This document shows positions 8,736-18,739 of a DNA stretch of 64,000 nucleotides, in pieces. Under the pieces are notes generated by a model. That model saw nothing but the letters and a program-made list of their open reading frames with translations. It was not told where the DNA came from and did not search any database. Each line of letters opens with the position of its first letter. The first letter of the stretch is position 1. This DNA comes from Candidatus Hydrogenedentales bacterium (GTDB lineage Bacteria; Hydrogenedentota; Hydrogenedentia; Hydrogenedentales; GCA-2746185), in contig JBCLBO010000004.1 in the NCBI GenBank assembly GCA_038916785.1, positions 6,086 through 70,085 on the forward strand, read 5' to 3'. The translations under genes were made by a program, and so were the position numbers.

Positions 8736-10313
8736 GGCGGCGGAAGGCCTTGATGAATCCGTCGAGTTCTTCGACGCGCATTGCGCGGCAGAGCCCAGCG
8801 TAGGCGAGGGCGCCGGCTGCGATGGCGGAGAGCGTCGCGGACGCGCGCGCGAGCAGCGTCGCATCGCCTAGAGCGGCTTCGATGCGATTGTGCATGGCCC
8901 AGGCGACCCCTGCCATGAGCGCGGCGGCGCAGATCATTCGAATGAGCGCAGAAATAAACTTCGTGTCGTAGAGCGGGCCTACGCGTTGCCAGAGGAACAG
9001 GTAGAGAAACCCGGCGTTGAGCGTGAAGCTGAGGGTGGTCGCCATCGCGAGTCCTTTGTAACCGAGCGGGCCGACGAGCACGAAATTGAGCAGGATGTTG
9101 AACAGCATCGCCGCGCTGGCGATGACGACGGGCACGCGCGTGTTTTGCATGGCGTAGAAACCCGTGACGCACACTTTCAGCCACGCGAACGACAGCAGGC
9201 CGAGGGCGTAGATAACTACGGCATTCGAGGTCATCTGGGTCGCGGCGGCGTCGAACTCGCCGCGTTCGAATAAGAGTTGCACGATCGGCCGCGCGAGCAC
9301 GAGGAGTCCAGCCATCGCGGGAACGGTCAAGAAGAAACTCTGCCGCAGGCCGATCAACAGGACGGTGCGGACCTCGTCCATCGCGCCGCGCGCGCAGGAC
9401 TTGGCCAAGGTGGGCAGGATGGCGACCGAGGTGGCGACGGCGAAGACGGAGAGCGGGAGCTGCACGAGGCGATCGGCGAGGAACAGCGCGCGGACAGTGC
9501 CGGAGCCCGGCAGGCCGGCGGCGAATAGCGTGCCGACGAGGCGGTTCACTTCGCCCGCGGCCTGGCCGACGATGACCGGCACGAGCAGCAGGAAGACTTT
9601 CCGGATGCCGGGGTCGCGCAGGTCGAGGCGCGGCGCCCAGACGCCAGCGACGCGGCCCATCGCTGCGAATTGCGCTGCGAATTGCGCGACGCCGCCGATC
9701 CACACGCCGGCGATGAGCGCGTAGGCCGGGTCGGGGAAGGCGTCGTGCGCGAGCAGGCAGGTGGCGATCAGCGCGACGTTGAGCAGCGCAGGCGTCCAGG
9801 ACGGCGTCGAGTAGTGGTGGAGGACGTAGAGCGGCGCGGCGCAGAACACGGCCAGGCCGATCAGGAAGAGGTAGGGGAAGGCGAGCAGCGAGAGGTGGGT
9901 GAGGTAGGCGACGCGCTCGGGGGCGATGGGTCCCGCCTGCGTGAAATTATCGAGCAGGTGCATCGCGCGCAATACGTATGGGAGTAGAAACATGCCGGCG
10001 GCGGTCAGGACGAGGAGCACGATGATCATGACGCCGAAGGCGGCGGCGACAAGCTGCTGAAATTCCTTTTTAGATTTTTTCTCGAGACGCTCCGAGAACA
10101 CGGGAACAAAGGCGGCATTCGTTGCGCCTTCGCCGACGATTTCGCGCAGCATGTTCGGCAGCCGAAACGCGACGACGAATGCGTCGAAGGCGGCGGCGGG
10201 GATCAGCGCCGTGGTGACGAGATCGCGGACCAGGCCGAGGACCCGGCTCAGCATCGTGCCCAGCGCGAAGATCGCCGCGTAGCGCGAGTGCTGCGCGCGG
10301 GTATCACTCACGG
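8728..10313 (-). CDS. murJ: Lipid II flippase MurJ (MviN)
   Basis: The MurJ signature VRDLVTTALIPAAAFDAFVVAFRLPNMLREIVGEGATNAAFVPVF is present and the protein has about 14 TM helices. A probable GTG start at 10311-10313 abuts the stop of lnt. Confidence 0.75.
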
Positions 10314-11918
10314 CGCGGAGATCCCGGAGCGCACCGAGGCAGGCATCAGCAGCGCGAGCACGAGAAGCGAGGCGCACAGCGCGTCGATGATCCACGGCGC
10401 GTAGCGCTGGAACGCGAGGAGCGGTTGCGGCTCGGCGCTGGGCAAATCAAAGGCGCCGGCGAGCCGGGCCATGATCAGCGCGTCGGGCGGCGGATCGGTT
10501 TCGAGCGGGTAGAGTTGGTCGCCGCTCGCGGCCCAGAGGTCTACGGGCGTGAAGCGGCCATAGGCGTCAAAGACGCCGGCGATACCGGTGTTGGCGGCGT
10601 GCACGAGCGGCAGGCGCGTTTCGACGGCACGCACTCGCGCGATTTCGAGTTCCTGCGGGATAGCGGTGCTGCGTCCGAACCACGCTAGGTTGGTCGCCAC
10701 CACGAGGAAATCCGCGCCGTCCCGGCGCAGGCGGTTCGACATGGGCGAGAAGAGGACCTCGAAGCAGATGAGCGGGCCGAGTTTTCGGTCGCCGACTCTC
10801 ATCACCACGGGTTCAGTGCCCGCGTCGAGATTGCCAATGCTGGGCACAAGCTTCGTGATGAAGGGGAGATGCTCCGAGAGCGGGACGTATTCGCCGAAGG
10901 GGGCAAGATGGATCTTGTCGTACCATGCGGAAATTTCGCCGGACTCTTCCATGAGTAGCGCGGAATTATAGTTTCGCGTGAGCTCGGTGCGGCCGGCGCC
11001 TGCGAAGAGCGCGAAATGGCCGTCGCGCACGGTGCGCGTGAGTAAATCCTGCACGGGGGCGGAGTCGATGTCGGCGAGGATGAGCGCCTCGGGCCAGACC
11101 ATGAGGTCGAGGCCGGAGCGCGCGGCGAGCGCGAGCGATTTTTCGGAGGCGTTGCGGATGGTCTCGTAGCGATACTCCGGGTCCCACTTCATTTCGAGCG
11201 AGTAGTTGGATTGGAAAATCCCGACCTTGAGCGGGTCCGCGGCGGTCGTCGCGGGCTTGAGCAGCAGAAAGCCGACTCCATGCGCCGCGGCGACGACGGT
11301 GATTGCGGCGAGGACGGGCAAAGGCCGGCGCGCGGCGACGGCTTCGGTGAGGAGCGCGTTCACCAGCGCGATCAGCAGGGAGACGGCGAGACCGGTGCCG
11401 AGCGCGGCCCATTGCAGGAGCCAGAGGTCGGGGCCTTGGGAGTACGCGAGCGAGCTCCAGCCGAAGCCGGTGAAGACGGTCGATTGCGCGTGCTCCATGG
11501 CGACCCAGAGCAGAGCGAAGGTCAGCGGCCCGCCGAGCCGCCGGTTGCGATCGCCGATCCAGCGCCAGGCCAGGCCGGCCACGGCCCAGAAAAGCGCGAG
11601 GACGACGCAGAGGAGTTGCTGGCCGAGGACGGCCCAGCCGCCGGCCCACATGATGTTGGCGAGGAGCCATTGGAGCACGAGGACGTGAAAGACGAAACCC
11701 GCGACGAAGAAATGGAGCGCGGCCTGGAGCGGCGGGAGGGTGCGCGCGCGCCAAAGGAGCGGGACGAGCGCGAACCACGCGAGATAGAAGACGTGGAACC
11801 GCGGGAAACAGAACGAGAGCGCGACGCCCGACACGATGGCCGGGCCGTAAATTCGAAGTGTCCCCCTCATTGTCGCGCCAGTCCCCGGCGATTGGTCTTT
11901 GGCCGTTGCGGCCCCCAC
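10308..11918 (-). CDS. lnt: Apolipoprotein N-acyltransferase
   Basis: An N-terminal polytopic membrane domain is followed by a CN-hydrolase domain (KVGIFQSNYSLEMKWDP ... ICFEVLF). The true start may be an internal Met near 11870. Confidence 0.75.
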   Translation of the reverse strand: MGAATAKDQSPGTGATMRGTLRIYGPAIVSGVALSFCFPRFHVFYLAWFALVPLLWRARTLPPLQAALHFFVAGFVFHVLVLQWLLANIMWAGGWAVLGQQLLCVVLALFWAVAGLAWRWIGDRNRRLGGPLTFALLWVAMEHAQSTVFTGFGWSSLAYSQGPDLWLLQWAALGTGLAVSLLIALVNALLTEAVAARRPLPVLAAITVVAAAHGVGFLLLKPATTAADPLKVGIFQSNYSLEMKWDPEYRYETIRNASEKSLALAARSGLDLMVWPEALILADIDSAPVQDLLTRTVRDGHFALFAGAGRTELTRNYNSALLMEESGEISAWYDKIHLAPFGEYVPLSEHLPFITKLVPSIGNLDAGTEPVVMRVGDRKLGPLICFEVLFSPMSNRLRRDGADFLVVATNLAWFGRSTAIPQELEIARVRAVETRLPLVHAANTGIAGVFDAYGRFTPVDLWAASGDQLYPLETDPPPDALIMARLAGAFDLPSAEPQPLLAFQRYAPWIIDALCASLLVLALLMPASVRSGISAP

Positions 11919-11924
11919 GTGACC

Positions 11925-12971
11925 TTAGCGTTCCTTCTGCATCAAGTCAATTTCGGTTTCGAGGGTCGATTGATTTTGCCAATTGCCGTTCTTCCAGAAG
12001 TCGAGCGCCGTCTGCGAGGAGGGCGTCAACTTGCGCAGGTCGACCACCGTGGGCGCGACGAAGATGAGCAGGTGGACGTTCTGCACTTCGGAGCGGCGGC
12101 CGCGGAAGGGGATGCCGAGGATGGGGACCTTGCCGATGATGGGGACCCGGCGCTCGGTGCGGCGCGTGACGCGGCTGGAGAGGCCGCCGATGACGAGGGC
12201 CTGGCCGTTGGGCACGAGAACGGTTCCCGTCTGCGAGCGCTTGGCGAAGACGGGCAGGTCGATGCCGCGCACGTTGTCGATCCGGGAGACGTCGGTCACG
12301 TTGAGTGTCTTGATATTGAGTTCGACGAGGTTGTCGGTGCGAACGGTGGGGATAATGTTCATGTTGACGCCGATGTTCTGGAAGGCGACGACTGTCTGGG
12401 CCATGCCCCGCGTGTCGTATTGGATGCTCTGATACGGGACCTTGCCGCCCGCCTGAATGTCGGCGGCCATGCCGTCGATGACCAGGAGTTCGGGCTTTGA
12501 GATGAGATCAACGTCGTTGTTGCGCTCGATACTGCGGAAGATGCCGTCAATGCGGCCGAAGTCACCGGAGACGATCGAGAAGGTCATCCCCGCGCCGCTC
12601 TGGGTTTGCACGCCATCGCCCAGAGTGCCGGAAAGGTCAGGCCGAAACGGCGGCGGAAAGGCGGAGGAGTCCGGCGCGGGCAGGGTGACCCGAAAATCCG
12701 GACTGAGCGGATCGAAAACATTCGTCGAGACTTGCTGTATCGGTCCACCGTCGTCGGCATTCCGCGTGTAGGAGAGGTTGGTGCCGATGTCGCGCAGTCC
12801 CTGTTCGTTCGTCTCGCTGATCCACACGTGCATCTGCACTTGGCGAAATGAGGCGGGGGCCGCGGAGGGCGCCGTGAATTCCGGCGTGACGGGCGTGACG
12901 GGCGTGTCGGCAGCGATTGCGCCTTCGGCGAACAAGACGGCGCAGGCGGTGAACCCAAGGGCGCGGATCAT
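11925..12971 (-). CDS. Secretin-family outer-membrane channel protein (T2SS/T4P GspD/PilQ/CpaC-like), short form
   Basis: 348 aa with a signal peptide. The canonical secretin C-terminal domain is present: LISKPELLVIDGMAADIQAGGKVPY ... VLVPNGQALVIGGL ... RRVPIIGKVPILGIPFRGRRSEVQNVHLLIFVAPTVV. Confidence 0.75.
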   Translation of the reverse strand: MIRALGFTACAVLFAEGAIAADTPVTPVTPEFTAPSAAPASFRQVQMHVWISETNEQGLRDIGTNLSYTRNADDGGPIQQVSTNVFDPLSPDFRVTLPAPDSSAFPPPFRPDLSGTLGDGVQTQSGAGMTFSIVSGDFGRIDGIFRSIERNNDVDLISKPELLVIDGMAADIQAGGKVPYQSIQYDTRGMAQTVVAFQNIGVNMNIIPTVRTDNLVELNIKTLNVTDVSRIDNVRGIDLPVFAKRSQTGTVLVPNGQALVIGGLSSRVTRRTERRVPIIGKVPILGIPFRGRRSEVQNVHLLIFVAPTVVDLRKLTPSSQTALDFWKNGNWQNQSTLETEIDLMQKER

Positions 12972-14272
12972 GGGGCCTTGCTCCCCGTGGGCTCTTGAGG
13001 CTTTGTTTTGGCGTCGGCGGGTTTAGTCTTGGAGTTGTCCGATTTGCCCTTGAGCTCTTCAGACTTGACGCCCACGGGCATTCCGCGGTCCAGAGAGTCA
13101 TCGTTCGGGGTGAGGATGCCCGCGAGTCCTTGCGCGACCTCCACTATGACGTCGGCGGGGGAGCGGCGCTTGTTGGCTTCCTGCTGCACGAAGCCAAGGT
13201 CGTCCGAGAGGGAGAATGCGGGTCGCCACGTTTCCGCCTTGATGAGAAACGCAAGTTCGCGGCGCGACTCATCGGCCTTGCGGCTGCCGAGCGTGGCGGA
13301 GATGGGCGTAGCGCCAATATTGCCCGAGGCCAGGCCTTGGACGAGGCCGATCGCGGCGTTTTCGGCCTGGGCGATGAGTGGCGCGGTGGCGATACTCTTG
13401 GATTCCGAGTTGCGGTAGAGACCGCCGAGCAGCAGGACCTGCCCGTGACGGACCCATACATTGGTCGAGATGCTGCGCGAGATGAATTCGGGAACGGTAA
13501 TGGCATTTTCGCCATCGGAAAAGTTCTCATTCGCCGAGGTAAGTCCGACCACGATACGCTGGCCTTCTTCCTTGACGATGGCGCGCACCGCAAGGCGGAT
13601 GTAGGTGTCATCGTGGGTCGACCAGTTTCCGTCGTCGTCGATCACTTCGGGCACGAAGACGGCTAGGTTGACCCCGGTGTCCTCGAATTCCGTGACTTGA
13701 ACGATGGTGGAACCGACGACTCGCGTGGACTCGTAGGGGATTTTCTGCGTGGTCTCGACTACGCTGGGGATCGTAGAGGCGACCTTGACCATCACGTGTG
13801 GCCGGGAGAGGATGAAGGCGCGGTTCTCGTTGACCAGCGCTTGGAGGAGCACTTCAAGTTCGCCGCCGCTGAAGTTGATCTGGTCGAGGAAGACCGTGAG
13901 GCCGCCGGCGGTGGTGGTGGGGAAGGTGAGATCGACGGTACCTATACCCGATCCATTGTCGGGCACGACTTCGCCGGCCGGGCCGCGCGAGGCGGAAGAG
14001 AAGTAAGCGCTGAGGCCGGTCTCGACGCCCTTGGTGGTTTGGAACTCGATGATTTTCACGGAGACGACGACCTGCTCTGGTGGCTTTTCGACCGGCGCGG
14101 CCGGCGCGACTGGCGCGGCCGGCGCCGCCGCTGGCGCAGCGGCGGGATCGGCCGCGGCGGGCGCAGGCACAGTCGCTGCGGGCGCGGGTTCCTGCGTGAA
14201 AGCGGCCGCGGATCCCGCAAGCGCGAACGCGGCCACACATCGCCGCACGCCTGGTTGATTCAAAACCTTCAC
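12968..14272 (-). CDS. Secretin-like paralogue with a degenerate C-terminal signature and an Ala/Pro-rich linker
   Basis: GTG start at 14270-14272 with a GGAGA ribosome-binding site; the signal peptide reads VKVLNQPGVRRCVAAFALAGSAAAF. An AAPAAAPAAPVAPAAPV linker and secretin N-domains follow (KIIEFQTTKGVETGLS). The C-terminal domain LLLGGLYRNSESKSIATAPLIAQ ... RELAFLIKAE is secretin-like but divergent. The stop overlaps the downstream secretin start as ATGA. Confidence 0.6.
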   Translation of the reverse strand: MKVLNQPGVRRCVAAFALAGSAAAFTQEPAPAATVPAPAAADPAAAPAAAPAAPVAPAAPVEKPPEQVVVSVKIIEFQTTKGVETGLSAYFSSASRGPAGEVVPDNGSGIGTVDLTFPTTTAGGLTVFLDQINFSGGELEVLLQALVNENRAFILSRPHVMVKVASTIPSVVETTQKIPYESTRVVGSTIVQVTEFEDTGVNLAVFVPEVIDDDGNWSTHDDTYIRLAVRAIVKEEGQRIVVGLTSANENFSDGENAITVPEFISRSISTNVWVRHGQVLLLGGLYRNSESKSIATAPLIAQAENAAIGLVQGLASGNIGATPISATLGSRKADESRRELAFLIKAETWRPAFSLSDDLGFVQQEANKRRSPADVIVEVAQGLAGILTPNDDSLDRGMPVGVKSEELKGKSDNSKTKPADAKTKPQEPTGSKAP

Positions 14273-14342
14273 TTCATTCTCCTGTCGCCGGCCCGTTCTC
14301 GCAGCGTCATGGGCCGGCGCTGAATATTCTTCGCCGGGCGCC

Positions 14343-15305
14343 CTATCGCCTGAACGACACCGAGTATTCGTAGCGGTCAATACTGTTGAGTTCGCGATAG
14401 TTGCTAAAGCGCATGCTGAAGGCGCGCGTCTCGCCGGGGGCCACGTCGCCGAAGGGCGTGGTCTGCGTGTCGTATACCGTGCTGCCGAACCCGAACAGGG
14501 TCACGGTGACGTTTGCGCCGTAGAGGATGCTCTGGCCGCGGTTCACTGCCTGGCCGGTGACTACGAAGAAGAGCGGAATCTGCGTGATCGAGTCGCGCAC
14601 GGCCGGAAACGAATTGATGTTGACGACTTGGAGCGGGGTTTTCTCGGCAGCGCGGCGGCTGACCTCGGCGGGCGTGAGGATGGTGTGCGGGCCGTCGTCG
14701 CGGCGCTCGACACGCTGGCGAAAATGATCCGACGCGGCGAAGTCTGCGTCCTTGTGCGCGAGCTCGAGATAGAGGGCGCCGGCTTCGTCATATTCGCCGC
14801 GCGTCCACAGCGAATCGGCCAGGCGCCGTTTGGCGTCGGAGGAGCCGGGCTCCGCTTGCAGCGCGGCGCGCGCCGCGCCGATCTCCCGGTCGATCGCTTC
14901 GGGCGCGGGAAAACTCGAGGCGTACAGGTGGCGCAGGCGATCGCCGGAGATGCGTGATTCGTCGGCCCATTCGCCCGCTGACGCGAGGGCGAGGTAGGCG
15001 TCGTACGCGTCGATCGCGTCGCGCAATCCGCCGAGATTTTCGTAGGCCACGCCAAGAAGATACTGGGCGTCGGCGGCCTCGCGGGTGCCGGGGTAGCGCG
15101 CGGCGATTTCGTGCAACCGTCCCACGGCAATCGCGGAGTTGCCGCTCTGGATCAGGCGGTCGGCTTCGGCGATCGCCTGGCCCGGCGCGGGCGCATCGAA
15201 GGAATTGCTGCCCGCTTCAAAGCGCGGCGGCGATCCGGTCGAGCACGCAGTGAGGAGTGATAGGATGCCGGCTGTGCAAAAAAAGTGCGCGAGATTTCGG
15301 GACAC
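14343..15305 (-). CDS. TPR-repeat lipoprotein (possible secretin pilotin/accessory)
   Basis: Lipobox LLTAC, followed by several TPR-like helices (YLLGVAYENLG ... ADSLWTRGEYDEAGALYLELAH). It sits directly upstream of the secretin pair in the same orientation. Confidence 0.45.
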   Translation of the reverse strand: MSRNLAHFFCTAGILSLLTACSTGSPPRFEAGSNSFDAPAPGQAIAEADRLIQSGNSAIAVGRLHEIAARYPGTREAADAQYLLGVAYENLGGLRDAIDAYDAYLALASAGEWADESRISGDRLRHLYASSFPAPEAIDREIGAARAALQAEPGSSDAKRRLADSLWTRGEYDEAGALYLELAHKDADFAASDHFRQRVERRDDGPHTILTPAEVSRRAAEKTPLQVVNINSFPAVRDSITQIPLFFVVTGQAVNRGQSILYGANVTVTLFGFGSTVYDTQTTPFGDVAPGETRAFSMRFSNYRELNSIDRYEYSVSFRR

Positions 15306-15333
15306 CAGTCGAACACGTCCTAGTTCTGTTGCG

Positions 15334-15762
15334 TTAATTCTCGATGGCTTCCAGGACGCGCTCAGTAATGTCCGTGCAGGCCACCGGCGGATCGAGCTTG
15401 CCGAGGTAGCCTTTTTCCGCGATGAGGTCGTATTCCTTGACCTTGCCTACGTCGGAGATGGCGCGATGCACGCGGTTGGTGGCTTCGCTGATCAGAATCC
15501 AGTATTTTCCCGTGCCGCTGCCGAGTTTCCTTTTTAGGATTTCCCGGTATTCAGGAGTAGACTGGATGGCGGCTTCCGTATCGACCTCGGCCGGGCTATC
15601 GAAGCCAGCGGCGGAGCCGTAGTAGACCCGGCTGGGATCCACCTGGGAATCAGGAATCGATTGCGCGGCAACCGCGATGGCTGGAATTACAATTACAAAC
15701 GCTAGCACGCTCAGTGGACGTCGTCTTCGCACCATTGCCCCTTTCCACGGTCCAGTCCGCAA
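15334..15762 (-). CDS. Small secreted protein, possibly an OmpH/Skp-like periplasmic chaperone
   Basis: Signal peptide LSVLAFVIVIPAIAVAAQS. The 120-aa size and charged helical C-terminal half weakly resemble OmpH/Skp. The family call is weak. Confidence 0.25.
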   Translation of the reverse strand: MRTGPWKGAMVRRRRPLSVLAFVIVIPAIAVAAQSIPDSQVDPSRVYYGSAAGFDSPAEVDTEAAIQSTPEYREILKRKLGSGTGKYWILISEATNRVHRAISDVGKVKEYDLIAEKGYLGKLDPPVACTDITERVLEAIEN

Positions 15763-16047
15763 ATTCAGCGTAACCCACTCGCATGCAATGGACTACGCGA
15801 TTGCTCCGGACTCGTCGGCCATCCCCATGGCCTTGATTGGCCTTCCTTCCCCAACAAAACGGAGCCAAACAGACTTACGAAGAACAAGTACTGCGCTCTC
15901 CCAATCGTACCATCCGTCTCCGGGATCATGCTTGATACCCGGATGCCCGTGTCGAGCGTTGTATCTCTCGACGCAGTCCAGGGTTCCTGCCAAGGCGATT
16001 TTTTTTGCAAAAAAGGGTATTTAGGTTCCGTTACGGAGCTAAACCAT

Positions 16048-18411
16048 ATGAAAATGTCATCGATACAATTCAAAACCTTCGCGCAGGTCCGCTCCGGTTC
16101 CACGCTGATCATGGGACTTCTTTTGGCGATGGCGGCCTCCGGTGCGCCGGATCAGGCTGGACCCGCCGAGACTCCGGTTCGACAGGTGTACGTCGTGGAG
16201 ACCGCCAAATCTTCGGCGGGGCGGCTGTTTCTAGCGCCGACGGAGCCGAGGGAGGGTGTCGTCGCCGGCGTCAATCTGGCCCTTCGGGGCGTCATTCTGA
16301 GCCGCACCACCTCCGGAAGCCGGCGGATGCTGTTCGAGGTGGCATCTGCGAGCGGGGACCCGGTCTATTCGGTCGACCTGACCGTGGTGGTCGAGCCGGG
16401 CTCGGCGCCATTTGGATTTGAGTGGTCGGCGCGCGAGGCGCCGGAGGGCGACTATGTCGCGCGGGTGCGGGTGCTGGATGCCAGGCTGGGCGAGGACGCC
16501 CGGGCGCAGTGGGATCTAAGCGTGCGCGACTCTGGGGCCGTGGCCTCGCGCGTGGAGGCGGCGCGGGCGGAGGTCGCGCGATTGCGCCGCGAGTCGGGCG
16601 AGACGATGCCTGCGGGCGCGCGACAGGAGCTGGCGCTTGCTTCGGAGGCCCTTGCGGGCCATTCGCCTGACGACCGGCCCCTCATCGAGACGGACAGGAA
16701 TGCCTCATTCGCCATGACTACGGCGGCCCGTGTCCGCGCGAGGCTTACCTTTGGCCGATTGACCGGCGCGGCCGCGCCGGCGCCGGAAACGGGGGCCAGA
16801 TCCGCGCGGAGTTTTTTCTCCGTGGCGCCTCCGGTCCGCGGCGCGATCGTGATGGGCGCGGGCGCCGATTCCGGACGGCGGCTGGCGGAGCTGGGTTTTG
16901 ATTTCGTGCCGTGGATGGGAGGCGCGAACTCGGCGTTGCCGCCGGGAGACCTTCCCGTGTTTGTGTGGCTCGCCGGGACTGAGGGCGAGGCGCAACCGCG
17001 CACGATCGAGGAGTTGCAACCCTTCCAGGGCAACGACAACGTTGCCGCGATCAGCCTGTGGAGTTCGCCGCGCGCGCCGGCGCACGACGCGCAAACCGTC
17101 GCGCAATTCAGGAAATATGTCGAGGGGGTCTACGGCGATCGGGTGCCACTGAATCGCGCGTGGAAGCAGCACCTGTTCAGCTTCGACGAAGTCGAGTTCT
17201 GGCCGGGGATCCGCAACCGGGCGTATCAGTACGACGTGCAATCCTTCGAGCGGCAACGCACGAGCCAGTGGTTGCTCGAGGCCGTCCGCGGCGCGGCATC
17301 GGTACTCGCGCCGGTGGCGGTGACGATCACCTTCGGCGATGGCGTGATGGCGCCGGGCGCGCCGCAGTTGGGCCTCGACCCGGAGGCATTGGCGCCCGCG
17401 CTCAGTGTGCTGCCGGTCCGTATCGCCGGCCCGCTGGACGACGCCCGCTTCGCGCAGCGCTACCCCAGGGCGAGTGCGTTGTACGCGTTGTACCACTCAT
17501 TCTCGCCGGGCACGCCGTTGGTGGCGGTGCATTCGATTGACTACGACCTGAACGATCGGCTGCGGATGGATTCCGCGGCGCAGTTGCGAACGCTCGCGGT
17601 GGAGGCGGCGATCGAAGGCGTGTCTGGGCTGGCGATAGAAATGCCCGCGATCGGGGACGCGGCGCGTGGCGCGCCCGAGGCCGTCGCGGGGTTTGCCGGA
17701 GCGCTAAGAGACCTGCGGGGCGCGGACGAGGCGATCGCCGCGATTCGAGGCAGTCCGCCGCCGGTCGTGGTGCTGTGGAGTGATTCGACGAAAGCGGCCG
17801 ACGACGGTGCGGAGCATCTGGGCGCGTTGATGAACGCCTACGAGGGCTGCTCCTTCAGCGGTCAGGGCGTGAGGTTCATCACCGAGCGCCAATTGGCGAA
17901 TGGACAGTGGAACGGCGTGCGGGTGCTGGTGTTGCCCGAGGTGTCCGCGCTGACGAAGGAGGCCTTCGACGGCATCGACTCGCTGATCGCCGGCGGCGCC
18001 GCCGTGATTCGCACAGAGTCGGGGCCGGTGTATGACGAGCATCGCCGCGCGCTGGGGAGGACCCTGCACGCCGGCGCGAATTCCGTGCTCGTGAGGGGGA
18101 CGGGCGAAGCGCGCGACTACCTGGACGCGATCGACGGGCTCGTGTCGCGCGGTACGCTGCCGGACACGCTGCGGGTGATCACGCGCAGCGGGTATCCGAT
18201 CGAAGGCGTGAAGACGCGCCACGCCGAGGGGGCGGGCTGCGAGTACTTGTATGTGGTGAACCTGCGCAAAGAGCCCGTCGCGTGCCGGTTGAATCGTGCG
18301 ATCGGCGGGGCGACGGACATGCTCACGGGCCGCGCGGTGGAATTCCCGCGCACGCTGGATCCGCTGGACCCGATGGTGTTGCGGATCGACACGCAGACTG
18401 CTTCCGACTGA
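16048..18411 (+). CDS. Large secreted protein with glycoside-hydrolase family 42 (beta-galactosidase)-like architecture, divergent
   Basis: Start MKMSSIQ followed by a signal peptide. FRKYVEGVYGDRVPLNRAWKQHLFSFDEVEFWP resembles the GH42 catalytic-domain C-terminal motif, and VLVLPEVSALTKEAFDGIDSLIAGGAAVI resembles the GH42 trimerisation (class I glutamine-amidotransferase-like) domain. Catalytic residues were not verified. Confidence 0.35.
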   Translation: MKMSSIQFKTFAQVRSGSTLIMGLLLAMAASGAPDQAGPAETPVRQVYVVETAKSSAGRLFLAPTEPREGVVAGVNLALRGVILSRTTSGSRRMLFEVASASGDPVYSVDLTVVVEPGSAPFGFEWSAREAPEGDYVARVRVLDARLGEDARAQWDLSVRDSGAVASRVEAARAEVARLRRESGETMPAGARQELALASEALAGHSPDDRPLIETDRNASFAMTTAARVRARLTFGRLTGAAAPAPETGARSARSFFSVAPPVRGAIVMGAGADSGRRLAELGFDFVPWMGGANSALPPGDLPVFVWLAGTEGEAQPRTIEELQPFQGNDNVAAISLWSSPRAPAHDAQTVAQFRKYVEGVYGDRVPLNRAWKQHLFSFDEVEFWPGIRNRAYQYDVQSFERQRTSQWLLEAVRGAASVLAPVAVTITFGDGVMAPGAPQLGLDPEALAPALSVLPVRIAGPLDDARFAQRYPRASALYALYHSFSPGTPLVAVHSIDYDLNDRLRMDSAAQLRTLAVEAAIEGVSGLAIEMPAIGDAARGAPEAVAGFAGALRDLRGADEAIAAIRGSPPPVVVLWSDSTKAADDGAEHLGALMNAYEGCSFSGQGVRFITERQLANGQWNGVRVLVLPEVSALTKEAFDGIDSLIAGGAAVIRTESGPVYDEHRRALGRTLHAGANSVLVRGTGEARDYLDAIDGLVSRGTLPDTLRVITRSGYPIEGVKTRHAEGAGCEYLYVVNLRKEPVACRLNRAIGGATDMLTGRAVEFPRTLDPLDPMVLRIDTQTASD

Positions 18412-18487
18412 GCAGCGCGCGACGCCGGTTTCCACCACAATCACCAGCAGGCGTACCCTGAAGAAAGCGGACGCCGACCTACGGTAG

Positions 18488-18545
18488 CATCGGCCTCCGG
18501 CTGTAACATCGGCCTCCGGCTGTAACATCGGCCTCCGGCCGATGG
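18488..18545. repeat. 19-bp direct tandem repeat, about 3 copies (catcggcctccggctgtaa)
   Basis: Read directly in the intergenic region between the GH42-like gene and the metallophosphoesterase gene. Confidence 0.8.
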
Positions 18546-18739
18546 AGAATGAGCCCAAGAAACCGTTTCCGTCCGCAGCCGGTCCTCTATTCCCGGCCGG
18601 CAGCCCCGGTCCGCTCGAGCTGGAAACCCATGCCCCAAAAAACCTCCGCGCCTCTCTTCCTCCGCGTGATCCAAGCCCACTTTTCCCGCGGAGAAGCGGT
18701 ACAATTCCTGCCGGCCGGAAGTCGCGCCGCGAGGACGTC

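Noticed and set aside
11211-12500. 429-aa Glu/Asp/Arg-rich ORF on the plus strand
   Set aside because: Antisense shadow of the lnt and secretin genes, both of which carry clear family motifs.
16705-17496. 263-aa ORF on the minus strand within the GH42-like gene
   Set aside because: Arg-rich antisense shadow. The sense frame is longer and has a signal peptide.
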